A stretch of 64,000 bases of DNA from Thermoplasmata archaeon (GTDB lineage: Archaea > Thermoplasmatota > Thermoplasmata > RBG-16-68-12). Below the pieces are notes generated by a model. That model had not been told where the DNA came from and did no database searches. It saw nothing but the letters and a program-made list of their open reading frames with translations. Shown here in pieces: positions 46,363-55,776 of this stretch. The stretch lies in contig DASPZJ010000084.1 of the NCBI GenBank assembly GCA_035636315.1, positions 25,401-89,400 of the forward strand, read 5' to 3'. Each line of letters begins with the position of its first letter. The first letter of the stretch is position 1. The translations under genes and the position numbers were made by a program.

Positions 46363-46746
46363 TCAAGGAGTCGAATCCCAATCGCGAATGAGCCGCCCCC
46401 AGCGGTACAGCGGGGTCTCAACGAGCTCCATGCCCTTCAAAGTCAACGCAGCCCGCACTTCGTGGCGTCCCTGCGTTTGTCTCCTTCGCCTCATGATCCC
46501 CATACACTCCAACTCGCGCAGGGCAGCGATGACGGTCGCCGGATGGGCGTCGAGTTCTCGAATCAAACCAGACGTACTGACGTTGCCACGGTCATAGAGC
46601 GAGACTATCACCAAAAGAGAAACTTTTCGCGCCAAGAGATTTTGGATGATGGGACTCGTCCCCACTGCCGGCTTCGAACAGAAGGGTAGAAGGCTCGATG
46701 AGGCGAGATACTGGAAGTGAAATCGGGCGGCCCCGTCGGATTCCAC
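46363..46746 (-). CDS. winged-helix DNA-binding protein (MarR/ArsR-like)
   Basis: VSTSGLIRELDAHPATVIAALRELECMGIMRRR...LTLKGMELV. Confidence 0.55.
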   Translation of the reverse strand: MESDGAARFHFQYLASSSLLPFCSKPAVGTSPIIQNLLARKVSLLVIVSLYDRGNVSTSGLIRELDAHPATVIAALRELECMGIMRRRRQTQGRHEVRAALTLKGMELVETPLYRWGRLIRDWDSTP

Positions 46747-46800
46747 CCCGACGCAAAACGTGTCGCCTCCGCCTGACTCTCTTCGATTCTGGATGACGAG

Positions 46801-46808
46801 TATTTAAG
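46801..46808 (+). promoter_or_regulatory. TATA box (TATTTAAG) for the island metG
   Basis: Centred about 30 nt upstream of the ATG at 46834, consistent with a leaderless transcript. Confidence 0.45.
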
Positions 46809-46833
46809 TTCGCACTCTCTTCCTACGGGCACA

Positions 46834-48471
46834 ATGACGAAAATCGTCGTCTGCGTGGCTTGGCCCTACGCCGCGGGCCCGAGGCACCTCGGGCATGCGA
46901 TTTCGACGTTCATCCCCGCGGATATATTCGCGCGATACCACCGGATGAAAGGCGACCAGGTCCTCATGGTCGGGGGGAGCGACATGCACGGCACGCCGAC
47001 GATGGTTCTTGCTGACCAAGAGGGCGTCCCCCCTAACGTCGTCGCGGAACGCTACCACGCGCTGCATGCGAAGAACATCGAGCAGCTCGGCGTGCGGTAT
47101 GACCTCTACTGGAACACGGCGGACCCGCACCATAAGGCGTGGGTGCAAGAAATCTTCCTCGCGCTAAAGCAGAAAGGCTACGTCTACGAGGCAACGATGG
47201 TCTCCCCGTTCTGCACGACGGACAACCGGTTCCTCCCGGACCGTTACGTCGGGGGCACCTGCCCCCATTGCGGTTTCCCGCGTGCCCGCGGAGACCAGTG
47301 CGAAAACTGCGGCAATGTCTTGGATCCGTTCGAACTTATCAATCCCAGATGCGGGATCCACGGGACGACGCCAATACCGAAGGAGACGAAGCACTTCTTC
47401 TTCCGGCTCAGCGCATTCCAAGAGCGGCTCAAAAAGTGGGCCGAGGACGATAAGGAGCATTGGCGGCACCACGTGCTCACCTTCATGCGGAGCTGGCTCC
47501 GGGAAGGCCTCAAAGACCGGCCGATCACACGGGATCTGGAATGGGGCATCGAAGTGCCGGTTGTCGGCTACGAGAAGAAGCGGATCTACGTCTGGTTCGA
47601 GGCCGTGATGGGCTACCTGACCGCAATGAAGGAATTGTACCGCCGTCGCGGGAATCCGGAGGGTTGGAAAGATTTCTGGTACGATCCCAAGGCGCGGCAC
47701 TTCTACTTCATCGGCAAAGACAACATCGTGTTCCACACGATCTTCTGGCCCGCGATCCTCATGGGCTACGACGACGAGCTTGACCTGCCGTACGATGTGC
47801 CGGCGACGCAGTACCTGAACTTCTCGGGAGAGAGGATGAGCGCAGGTCGAGGACATGGGGTGTGGCTCCCAGACCTTCTGGAGCGGTTTGATCCAGACCA
47901 GCTGCGATACTACGGAGTCGCGACGATGCCAGAGACGAAAGACACCGACTTCGAATCGGAGGACTTCGCGCAACGGAACAACAACGAACTCCTCGCCGTA
48001 TACGGAAACTTCGTGCACCGCGCCTTGAAGTTCGCGGAAAAGAACTTCAGCCACAAGGTCCCGCCCGCGGCCTCGCTTGATTCGGCGGACAAGTCCATGA
48101 TTGGGGCAATCGAGGAGCAGTGGACGAAGGTCGGTGAGGATATCGAGTATGTTCATCTGAAGGAGGCGATGAAGGAAGCGATTCAGCTCGCCCGTCTCGG
48201 GAACCGGTATTTCGACCGGAAAGCGCCATGGGACCTAATCAAGAAGGACAAGGTCGCCTGCGGCACAGCGATACACATCTGCCTAAGAGTCTCCCGCTCT
48301 CTCGCGCTGGTCATGGCGCCGTTCCTGCCTTTCAGCTCCCAACGCCTCTGGCACGCCGTGGGCTACGACACAGACGTTCACCGTCAGCGGTGGGATGAAG
48401 CTCTCAATGACATACCAGCCGGGCAAACACTTCGGGTCGGCAAACCACTATTCTCGAAATTGGGTTCTTAG
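46834..48471 (+). CDS. metG: methionyl-tRNA synthetase (short form, no C-terminal appended domain), non-consensus KMSKS loop
   Basis: HIGH motif PRHLGH, zinc knuckle CPHCG...CENCG, anticodon-binding helices. The KMSKS position reads FSGERMSAGRG. Confidence 0.85.
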   Translation: MTKIVVCVAWPYAAGPRHLGHAISTFIPADIFARYHRMKGDQVLMVGGSDMHGTPTMVLADQEGVPPNVVAERYHALHAKNIEQLGVRYDLYWNTADPHHKAWVQEIFLALKQKGYVYEATMVSPFCTTDNRFLPDRYVGGTCPHCGFPRARGDQCENCGNVLDPFELINPRCGIHGTTPIPKETKHFFFRLSAFQERLKKWAEDDKEHWRHHVLTFMRSWLREGLKDRPITRDLEWGIEVPVVGYEKKRIYVWFEAVMGYLTAMKELYRRRGNPEGWKDFWYDPKARHFYFIGKDNIVFHTIFWPAILMGYDDELDLPYDVPATQYLNFSGERMSAGRGHGVWLPDLLERFDPDQLRYYGVATMPETKDTDFESEDFAQRNNNELLAVYGNFVHRALKFAEKNFSHKVPPAASLDSADKSMIGAIEEQWTKVGEDIEYVHLKEAMKEAIQLARLGNRYFDRKAPWDLIKKDKVACGTAIHICLRVSRSLALVMAPFLPFSSQRLWHAVGYDTDVHRQRWDEALNDIPAGQTLRVGKPLFSKLGS

Positions 48472-48545
48472 GTCGCGCTGTTTCAACATACTGATTTGAA
48501 AGGCTGTCTCGGCCCCCAGTAGTGGTCTTTTCCCGGCTCGGCAAC

Positions 48546-50117
48546 TCACACATTCCCGTTTTGAATCAAAGGAAGAGCATTTTCTGGGAGAATTGGACCA
48601 AATTTGAGGTAGGCTTCGTGGGCAGCGGCGCCATGTGGATTTATTCCTCGGGTACGGCCAACCTGTCTAAGAACCTCCTCCGTCTGCAGGATACCGATGC
48701 AATACGGAAGGAGCCTCGACAATTGGCCGGAATTCCTTTCGAGGAAGATCGACAACCGTTCGCGTTCCTCCAGTGGCAGTGGGATCAGTATGCGGTCGAT
48801 CGTCGATTTCAATCGACTGAGCCCGCCCAAAGCTCCAGCAAGCTGCCAAAGGCCTGCGGTCAGTCTCCGGACTCGATGGGAGATAGCAACACTCCCGGCC
48901 GCCTCATTCTTCTCCGACATCGAGAGAACCGCTGACTCGGCGTAGAAGCCCCACCCTTCAAAGCCGACAGGCGACTTGGTGAAGGAGTAAAGGGGAGAGA
49001 ACGGGGACTCAGCAGCGCGCCTAAGCTGTTCGTCGTGCCCGGGACAGACCTCATGGGCGACAGTAACTGTCATTCTGGCTCGGTGCTCGGTTTGTCGTTC
49101 TTTGGGCCACATGGTCCGCGGGAGCACAACCAGCCCTGGCGCATCGAAGCTGAAACCCATCGATGTGGGGGGTAGATAGAGGCACTCCGGTATGAACGAC
49201 TCTGCGAATAAAGGTGCACTCAGGAATAGTGCCCGCGGCCCGGTCTTGGCCAGAAACCGCTCCCTCACACTCTCCTTCAGAGTCGCTTCCGCGACCTTAA
49301 TCATGTCTAACCTCGGGTCGACAACGGAATCGATTGGGCTGCCACCATCGAGTCCTCCCGAGTACGATGTTGGCACGCCCCATTTCAGCAGTCTCCCTAC
49401 TTCGACGCGCAATCGCAATGCCAGCGATTTGAAAAGGCGGTCTGGGGTCATGCCCAACCCTAGAACTTCTTTGAGATACCAAACAAGACTGACGGATGTT
49501 GCATTGCGCCCCAGATTCCTTAATGGGAACTCGCGCCACCTCTCGAGACGTCCGATCACCTCCGAGCAAAGAGGTTCGGGAAGCCCACGCCATTGGGAAA
49601 GGCCTGCCAGCAGGCGTTCTGAAGTTGTCCTATCACGATCCGTAACCTCGAGCATCCCGGCCTTGACTCGTTTTTCTCCCCAGTCAAGCCACCGGATGCA
49701 AACTCGTAGACGGCTTTCAAGTGCAACTGACATGTCGTCGGGTAAGACGGAAAATCGAGATCTCAAGTAAAAGGGTAAAAGGGAGAACGCGCACAAATTC
49801 AAGTACACATCTGCCCTCGAATCGTAGAGCCTCTGTATCTTGTGTTTCAGAATTTGCTCACTTGCGAACCGTCGGACCTCTGCCAGTACGGTTCTGCCTG
49901 GGACTGAGAGCGAACCCCTGGCTGCCCTCGTAGTGGCATCGCGAAGCTTGACAACCTCAGCCCTCCACGCTTCAAGCCCTCTGGATGTGAGGTCTTCGGC
50001 CGAGTCCCATACCGGCGCGCCTTGAAGCGTGGAAGCCGTTGGCTGATATCTTTTCCAGAGAGAATCCGCTGCTAAGACGATGCTCAGTACGATCTTGTCT
50101 ATTCGAGCGAGAGGCAT
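48546..50117 (-). CDS. DUF885-family protein (metallopeptidase-like HExxPGH motif)
   Basis: 523 aa. VAHEVCPGHDEQL matches the DUF885 HE..PGH signature. Confidence 0.6.
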   Translation of the reverse strand: MPLARIDKIVLSIVLAADSLWKRYQPTASTLQGAPVWDSAEDLTSRGLEAWRAEVVKLRDATTRAARGSLSVPGRTVLAEVRRFASEQILKHKIQRLYDSRADVYLNLCAFSLLPFYLRSRFSVLPDDMSVALESRLRVCIRWLDWGEKRVKAGMLEVTDRDRTTSERLLAGLSQWRGLPEPLCSEVIGRLERWREFPLRNLGRNATSVSLVWYLKEVLGLGMTPDRLFKSLALRLRVEVGRLLKWGVPTSYSGGLDGGSPIDSVVDPRLDMIKVAEATLKESVRERFLAKTGPRALFLSAPLFAESFIPECLYLPPTSMGFSFDAPGLVVLPRTMWPKERQTEHRARMTVTVAHEVCPGHDEQLRRAAESPFSPLYSFTKSPVGFEGWGFYAESAVLSMSEKNEAAGSVAISHRVRRLTAGLWQLAGALGGLSRLKSTIDRILIPLPLEERERLSIFLERNSGQLSRLLPYCIGILQTEEVLRQVGRTRGINPHGAAAHEAYLKFGPILPENALPLIQNGNV

Positions 50118-50254
50118 CTGCTCACTCAGGTTATCGCGAAGCAGACCGGCTACCTAACGGCAGCCGCGACGAGTGACGAGGCGATCTATTCGGCGTCAAC
50201 GTTTCCGTCCTAGCGGGCTTTCTTGCAGGTAAGCAGGGCACCTTGGTATCCTCT

Positions 50255-51619
50255 TTATCGTGACACGGGGATTGAAACCGGTCTCGCCGTTCCTCGTTCT
50301 ACGAGAACCTGATTGATTGTCGCTCGCGTCGCAAAGTAGGCAAAGTACCCGACGAATATCCCCGCGACCCCTACCCCCAGGTAGACACCCATAATGTAAG
50401 CGACCGGAATCTGCACCAGCCATACAGTTGCAATGTTGCTATACATGTTCCACCAAGTGTGACCCAGAGCTTGTAACGCCCCTGAGTGGGTTGTGGTCCA
50501 AGCTACGAATGGTGCAGTGACTCCAACAACGACGATGGCCAATGCGGCTTCACTTAGAACCGACTGAGATCGTGTGAACAGACCCGCGATGCTCCCAGAC
50601 CAGATGGACACGCCCAAACCAAGCACCGTCAAGACGATTAACGTCATCAACCTGCCCGAGACTAGTCGGTTTCGGACTTCCTTGCCGTCGTTCCTTCCAA
50701 GACTGTGTCCCATCATGATTTGAAGGCCGAGACCAAAGTTGCTTGCGAGAACGAAAAGGGTCATTAGGACTACGTTGGCCACCCGGGCCGCAGCGAGCGC
50801 ACTAATCCCTAGAAGACCGATAAGCGCAGTAAAAACAAGTCCTCCAGTATAATCAAGCGCTTGATTTACAATTTCAGGGGAGCTCAGCCGCAGGATTGTT
50901 CGAGCCTCATCACGTCTTGGCCGTTTCAACTCGATTCTGAACAACCGCCGACGTCGAAAACACCAAGCAAGGAAGGCAAGGCCACCCAGCGTTGACAATG
51001 CGCTTGCGAGACCAGCCCCGGCGAGTTGCATGCCAGGGAAAGGCCCAAGTCCAAATATTAGCACGTAGGATAGCGAAATGTTGAGCACACCACTTGTCAA
51101 CACCGCATACATTCCCCACTTCGTTTCACCGTAGGTGTTGAAGGTGGTTTGCAGGAGCAAAAAGCCTGCAAAGAAAACAAGTTCTGGGCTCCGGAATTGG
51201 AGGTAGTGGAGAGCCCCGTCCACGACAGTCGGGTCCCTCGAAATAAGGACAAGCAGTGGCCGTGCGAACCACAAGCAAAGCGCTTCACCGAGCGTGATAA
51301 GAACAAGTATTGGGAACATCGTCTCGAGGGCGGCTTTTACACCCGCGCGATCGCCGGGCCCAAAGCGTCGTGCTGACACTATTCGATACCCGACGGCAGT
51401 TGCTGCAGCTGTTTGCGAGAATATCGAGAACACTGCTAAGGCCACTGCGACCGAAGCAAGGTTCACAGCTCCTAACACGCCAATGAATGCGGTGCCTATC
51501 AGATTCACAAATAGCTGCCACGTGGAACTCACTATCATTGGCGAGGTGAGCTTTCCGAGCCTCTTCCATTCTTGATTATGTGAGAACGACTTTGGCACTT
51601 TTTCGCCTCTTCGTCGCAA
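50255..51619 (-). CDS. MATE-family efflux transporter
   Basis: 454 aa with 12 predicted TM segments. The N-terminal LTSPMIVSSTWQLFVNLIGTAFIG is typical of MATE. Confidence 0.8.
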   Translation of the reverse strand: MRRRGEKVPKSFSHNQEWKRLGKLTSPMIVSSTWQLFVNLIGTAFIGVLGAVNLASVAVALAVFSIFSQTAAATAVGYRIVSARRFGPGDRAGVKAALETMFPILVLITLGEALCLWFARPLLVLISRDPTVVDGALHYLQFRSPELVFFAGFLLLQTTFNTYGETKWGMYAVLTSGVLNISLSYVLIFGLGPFPGMQLAGAGLASALSTLGGLAFLAWCFRRRRLFRIELKRPRRDEARTILRLSSPEIVNQALDYTGGLVFTALIGLLGISALAAARVANVVLMTLFVLASNFGLGLQIMMGHSLGRNDGKEVRNRLVSGRLMTLIVLTVLGLGVSIWSGSIAGLFTRSQSVLSEAALAIVVVGVTAPFVAWTTTHSGALQALGHTWWNMYSNIATVWLVQIPVAYIMGVYLGVGVAGIFVGYFAYFATRATINQVLVERGTARPVSIPVSR

Positions 51620-52712
51620 TTCCTGCTACCGGCGGTCCGCAATGCCGACAGTGCACATTTCGAGCTAACTTCAACAACGAGTGTTTGGTGTAATGCTGGA
51701 GGTCTAACGAGATTATGCCGTCCATTGTCGCGGGCCTGCTTATTCCTGAAAGATAGCGAGCGGCTTCCCAAACAGCCACGCTAGTCGTGATTCCTATCCG
51801 AGGAGCGAATGCTGCCTGAAAGCTACCCGGCCGAGCGGGCGACCGGAGGATGGTGTCATTGATTCGTTTGTCGGAGACCGCGCACCAGTAGCAAGCAGTC
51901 TTCCCAGGAACGGTGAGCGGTCCGACCCATGATGCAGTCATGATGAGCGAGGGGACTTTCGCTTCTAACGCGGCAAGGGCAACAGACTCAAATGGGGTAT
52001 CGTGACTCTGATCCAAGGGAAGTAGTCCAAAAGTGTTGAATACTAAGCTCACACCATCGAGGAAGGGTTCCAGGTCGTCAGGTGACCGCACTGCAACCTG
52101 GTGCCCATCAACCTGTAGCGAAGGGTCAACTCTCGACAAATTCCGTACGGCGGCCTTGACCTTTGGTTTCCCGATATCCTCGTTTGTGTACAGTATTTGG
52201 CGACTGAGGTTACTCAGCTCGACTCGGTCGGGATCTAATAGGACGATACCCTTGATTCCAATCCGCGCACACAGTAGTGCGATCCAAGATCCAACACCTC
52301 CGACCCCGACCACTAAAATCTTTCTATTCTGCAATCGCCTGTTGAGCGCTTGTCCAGTAGTCCCTTGAGATTCGAATGTGCTGAGAAAGCGGATTTGCCG
52401 ATCGTACAAGGAATCGCCTTCAGCCCTGTCCTGGCTTTTACGACGCGTGACTAGAGCATCGGAGCTTCTCAGGAAGTCAAGAGCTTCCCTCACGATCCCA
52501 GCAGAGAGCCCCGAGTAGCGCGCCAGCAGCGCTTCTGCACGCGACGCCTGCACTCCTCTGGTGAGGGCGAAAAAGAGCGTCTCTAGCCGCTCCGGGCGGG
52601 GAGACTTCATCACGAATGGCCGCTGTTCGACGACAGACCAGACCACAACTCCAGCAGACGACGGTGAGAATCTCCAACTTCGTTGGAGAGTGAGAACTTC
52701 GGTCCGGCTCAA
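51576..52712 (-). CDS. ThiF/MoeB/E1-like adenylyltransferase with about 115-aa N-terminal winged-helix-like extension
   Basis: YDRQIRF...ILVVGVGGVGSWIALLCARIG...LDPDRVELSNLSRQ, CxxC pairs CYWC and CRHC, and the N-terminal LSAGIVREALDFLRSSDALV. Confidence 0.8.
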   Translation of the reverse strand: MSRTEVLTLQRSWRFSPSSAGVVVWSVVEQRPFVMKSPRPERLETLFFALTRGVQASRAEALLARYSGLSAGIVREALDFLRSSDALVTRRKSQDRAEGDSLYDRQIRFLSTFESQGTTGQALNRRLQNRKILVVGVGGVGSWIALLCARIGIKGIVLLDPDRVELSNLSRQILYTNEDIGKPKVKAAVRNLSRVDPSLQVDGHQVAVRSPDDLEPFLDGVSLVFNTFGLLPLDQSHDTPFESVALAALEAKVPSLIMTASWVGPLTVPGKTACYWCAVSDKRINDTILRSPARPGSFQAAFAPRIGITTSVAVWEAARYLSGISRPATMDGIISLDLQHYTKHSLLKLARNVHCRHCGPPVAGIATKRRKSAKVVLT

Positions 52713-53767
52713 CGGTTACCCCCGAGGGCGAGCCGTCGCGGGTCCATTCCCATCGTAATCGTGTACATGGGGGCTTGCCAAACAGCATCCAATGACAAAA
52801 GGCTCGCTACTTCTCGATCCTTAATCGCCGGTGTTACGAGCGTCGCCAAACCGTAGGCGGCGCCGGTCAGGATGAATCTTTGTCCGAGGTAGCCGGCCTC
52901 AATGTACAGGTTCCGGAGTTCGCGGTCGTGGCGATAGCGCCAGCTTGCTTGATTGAAGTCCGCACAAAGGATTACGGTAAAGTTCGCGGTTCTCGCCGCA
53001 GGAATGCCAAACATCGCCTTGCTTAAGGTATCTCGCACGGGACCGGAGCGAATCTGAGTCATCTCGTGCTGTCGAGGATCATAGTAGTGGATTCCCGTGG
53101 CCACTCCATCTACCGAGTAGACTGCGACATAGAAGTCGAAAGCGGTGCCGAAGCTAGAGAGATAGTCAACGGGGTCCAGGTATGCCATGTTCCGAATGCG
53201 CCGAACTGGGGTCAGAGTCCACCAGAGAACGGAGGAAAGGAGCCCCTCTTCGATCGGTCGGTGCGAGTAGCCGCGAATGGTTCTGCGACTCATGAGTAAC
53301 GACCCCAACGTCGCGTCGTGCGTGGGGAGTCCGGGTGCGCTGAGACCTACAGTTGTCCCACCTGGAACGCGACGTTGTGGGGGGCCGTCTTCTCGGAGGA
53401 ATCGAGCCACCGCTTCCCGGCGAAGATTGGCGTCAGGATCTTGCTCGTCAAAGTACTTACATCGCCGCGACCAGAGATAATATTCCAAGGAACCGTGCCA
53501 TCCACGCTCCAACCAATGCCGCGCCCTAGCAATCTCCACGGGATCGACTCTACTATTATCCGCCCTCCACATAGCAGAAAGCCTCGACTCAAATTCCATA
53601 GCCAAAGGTGACGGCGTACGTTCTACAATCTTAGAGGTGACGTACTCTAACATCGCGACACGGCTTATTCGCGCCGTCCGCCCATTCCAGGCATCTGAAA
53701 GCATCACGATATCGTCATGTTCATCAATTGGCGGCCGCAGGACTGTTAGCGGTGGGTAGATGCTCAT
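52709..53767 (-). CDS. SagB/ThcOx-type nitroreductase-fold dehydrogenase (2)
   Basis: LMSRRTIRGYSHRPIEEGLLSSVLWW...LYIEAGYLGQRF. 4-nt overlaps with both neighbours. Confidence 0.7.
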   Translation of the reverse strand: MSIYPPLTVLRPPIDEHDDIVMLSDAWNGRTARISRVAMLEYVTSKIVERTPSPLAMEFESRLSAMWRADNSRVDPVEIARARHWLERGWHGSLEYYLWSRRCKYFDEQDPDANLRREAVARFLREDGPPQRRVPGGTTVGLSAPGLPTHDATLGSLLMSRRTIRGYSHRPIEEGLLSSVLWWTLTPVRRIRNMAYLDPVDYLSSFGTAFDFYVAVYSVDGVATGIHYYDPRQHEMTQIRSGPVRDTLSKAMFGIPAARTANFTVILCADFNQASWRYRHDRELRNLYIEAGYLGQRFILTGAAYGLATLVTPAIKDREVASLLSLDAVWQAPMYTITMGMDPRRLALGGNR

Positions 53768-54984
53768 TGTTGCGACTCCGCATTCAAATCGGGTAAACTA
53801 CTCACGTCTGCTTCGCCAAGCGCCATGGAAACAAGGTAGCCCTCTTCCAATCTCGAGATTCCCAGCTCGCGTTCGACCTCATCTTCGTTGGCCGGGTAGT
53901 CCATGAAGTAGCGGAGGCCAAAGGCTTCCGCAGCAAGGCAAACGCTGGCAGCTAAGTGACCTGCATCCATGTGCACTGTGCGAAACGTCCGGGGTTCCCG
54001 GTAACGATACATGTTTCTTTCAAACCGCGAAGTGAGTATGATAATTGCGCCGACCTTGAACCCAGCTCGGACATATGTTGCCGGGAACAACCGTCTCAAC
54101 TCCGCATCCTCTATACGCGTACCCCTGAGAAGTTCGAGCGTCACCGGGTTGATCGCCAAATGGTACCACCCCGGTTGTAGTCCGTGAATATCTATGCTGG
54201 CAATGTACACCTCCGTGGGGTGACGGGAGCCTCCGGATGGGCTTGTCCGGTGGAGTAGGGGTTCTCCGGCCCAACGCGTTCTCATGGAGCCGGTCTGGCC
54301 AAAAGCTATCGACACGATGGATGCAAGACACTCGCTGTCCAGGCGTCGCGATTTGGGGTGGCCCAGGAACAACGCAGACGCAGGTACGGGAACGAGACCA
54401 GGGGATGGTTCGGGCAAGGACATTCGGGACATGGCCGACGGATATTCCTTACGACGATCTCGGTCGGGTTCTGCCGATGCATATTCCGCCATACGCTTGG
54501 AAGCAAATCTGCTTCCTTCCCTGTCCGCTTCAACGAATTGGTATCCATACGTTAGGATGTGGTATTCGGCCGCCTCTGCCCAGCCTCTAGAGGCCCAGCT
54601 GAGGCGAAGTCTACTGCACCATTGAAGCGCCGTGTCCTTTGCGACGTCGCTGGCACGGCGAAGTAAACCTGCACGCAGGAGCGATGTCACCGCTCGCTCG
54701 ACGCGTTTCTTGGGCAGGTTCAAGCTGTAAGATGTCGACCGCACGACAGAGGCTCTCCTCTGTTTGCGCATGCATGCCACAAGTAACGTGACAAGGTCAG
54801 ATGTGAGCGCGTATCTCTTTCGGCTCAACAGGTCCTCCGCAACCCACAGCTCCTGGGTTAGGACAGATGGAGGGAGCAGGCGGACTGCTGGACTCGTGCA
54901 AATTAACTGCGATTGGGACCAATGTGCAGCTGTCGTCGGCTCCCTCCGGACAAAGGATGCGCACGGACCTTTGAGAATCGTCAA
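53764..54984 (-). CDS. SagB/ThcOx-type nitroreductase-fold dehydrogenase (1) with N-terminal wHTH-like region
   Basis: AAEYHILTYGYQF...HRTSPSGGSRHPTEVYI...VHMDAGHLAASV. TTG start; the frame opens at 55014. Confidence 0.7.
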   Translation of the reverse strand: MTILKGPCASFVRREPTTAAHWSQSQLICTSPAVRLLPPSVLTQELWVAEDLLSRKRYALTSDLVTLLVACMRKQRRASVVRSTSYSLNLPKKRVERAVTSLLRAGLLRRASDVAKDTALQWCSRLRLSWASRGWAEAAEYHILTYGYQFVEADREGSRFASKRMAEYASAEPDRDRRKEYPSAMSRMSLPEPSPGLVPVPASALFLGHPKSRRLDSECLASIVSIAFGQTGSMRTRWAGEPLLHRTSPSGGSRHPTEVYIASIDIHGLQPGWYHLAINPVTLELLRGTRIEDAELRRLFPATYVRAGFKVGAIIILTSRFERNMYRYREPRTFRTVHMDAGHLAASVCLAAEAFGLRYFMDYPANEDEVERELGISRLEEGYLVSMALGEADVSSLPDLNAESQQ

Positions 54985-55085
54985 AGGCCGCGCGCTATCA
55001 TTCAGGGCACAGGTTCACAGGTTACGAAGAGATGGCGGATCGACAGTCGTGGGCTGGCCATTTACCTAGCGGCGGCCTCTCACGA

Positions 55086-55214
55086 TTACGTTGGGTCCCC
55101 GCAACCGCCTTCCTGCATGAGGGCAAGGCTAAAGGGCGGCAGCTCTTCGATTACCAGCACACTCTTCTCGTTCTTCGCTCGCTTTTCTGTTTCCTTTGTA
55201 CGCTTTCGGGCCAT
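55086..55214 (-). CDS. unannotated 42-aa ORF, candidate substrate/precursor peptide
   Basis: My own translation: MARKRTKETEKRAKNEKSVLVIEELPPFSLALMQEGGCGDPT. AGGTGA lies 5 nt upstream of the ATG, the TATA-like gtttatcg lies about 36 nt upstream, and the ORF ends about 100 nt before the first SagB-type gene. It is below the size cut-off of the ORF track. Confidence 0.35.
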   Translation of the reverse strand: MARKRTKETEKRAKNEKSVLVIEELPPFSLALMQEGGCGDPT

Positions 55215-55259
55215 TCGTGTCACCTGGGTCTGAAACGGTAAGCGGACGATAAACAACCG

Positions 55260-55287
55260 CGAATCTGAAATACAGATTTACGATTCG
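55260..55287. promoter_or_regulatory. compound palindrome CGAATCTGaaataCAGATTtacGATTCG upstream of the small ORF
   Basis: Inverted repeats AATCTG/CAGATT (55262-55267 and 55273-55278) and CGAATC/GATTCG (55260-55265 and 55282-55287), just upstream of the TATA-like box on the minus strand. Confidence 0.4.
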
Positions 55288-55397
55288 TATTTTGGCTACC
55301 CTGCTTGACGGATTACCGTGGGAGGGAAAGCTGAGTTCACGAAGGATTGATTCAACGTCGCCCGAGTAGATTCGCAGAACCTAGTCCGAGAGCGGAG

Positions 55398-55727
55398 TCA
55401 GCTATAGCTAGACCCCTCCAACTCAAGAAGAGAAAATAAGCTCAAAGCGCGAGCTAACTTGGGTCGACGCAGGTCCGTAGTTCCCCTCTTGCTCGGACCG
55501 ATGAACAGCATGTAAACCACGGCCATGAGTTCCGGGGAATCTGATCGTTTTCCAAGGGCGATTTCTTGACTTTTCATTCGTGGCATGACACAAACGGCGC
55601 ACCCCTCTAGCGGGCAAACGCAAGTACCAGGGGCCCGCACCGATTCGCCAATATGTACAGGGTCTGGCAACTCAAGCCTAGCGTCAATCGTCTTCACTGA
55701 TTCGCGGCCTGGGTCTCTATCGTTCAT
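55398..55727 (-). CDS. 109-aa ORF with CxCx4Cx2C cluster (hypothetical)
   Basis: GTCVCPLEGCAVCVMP. No recognised family, and coding status is uncertain. Confidence 0.25.
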   Translation of the reverse strand: MNDRDPGRESVKTIDARLELPDPVHIGESVRAPGTCVCPLEGCAVCVMPRMKSQEIALGKRSDSPELMAVVYMLFIGPSKRGTTDLRRPKLARALSLFSLLELEGSSYS

Positions 55728-55776
55728 TCGCCGATGATCCTTTTGTCAGGAGTCCACGCGGCAACGAGGCACCCCT

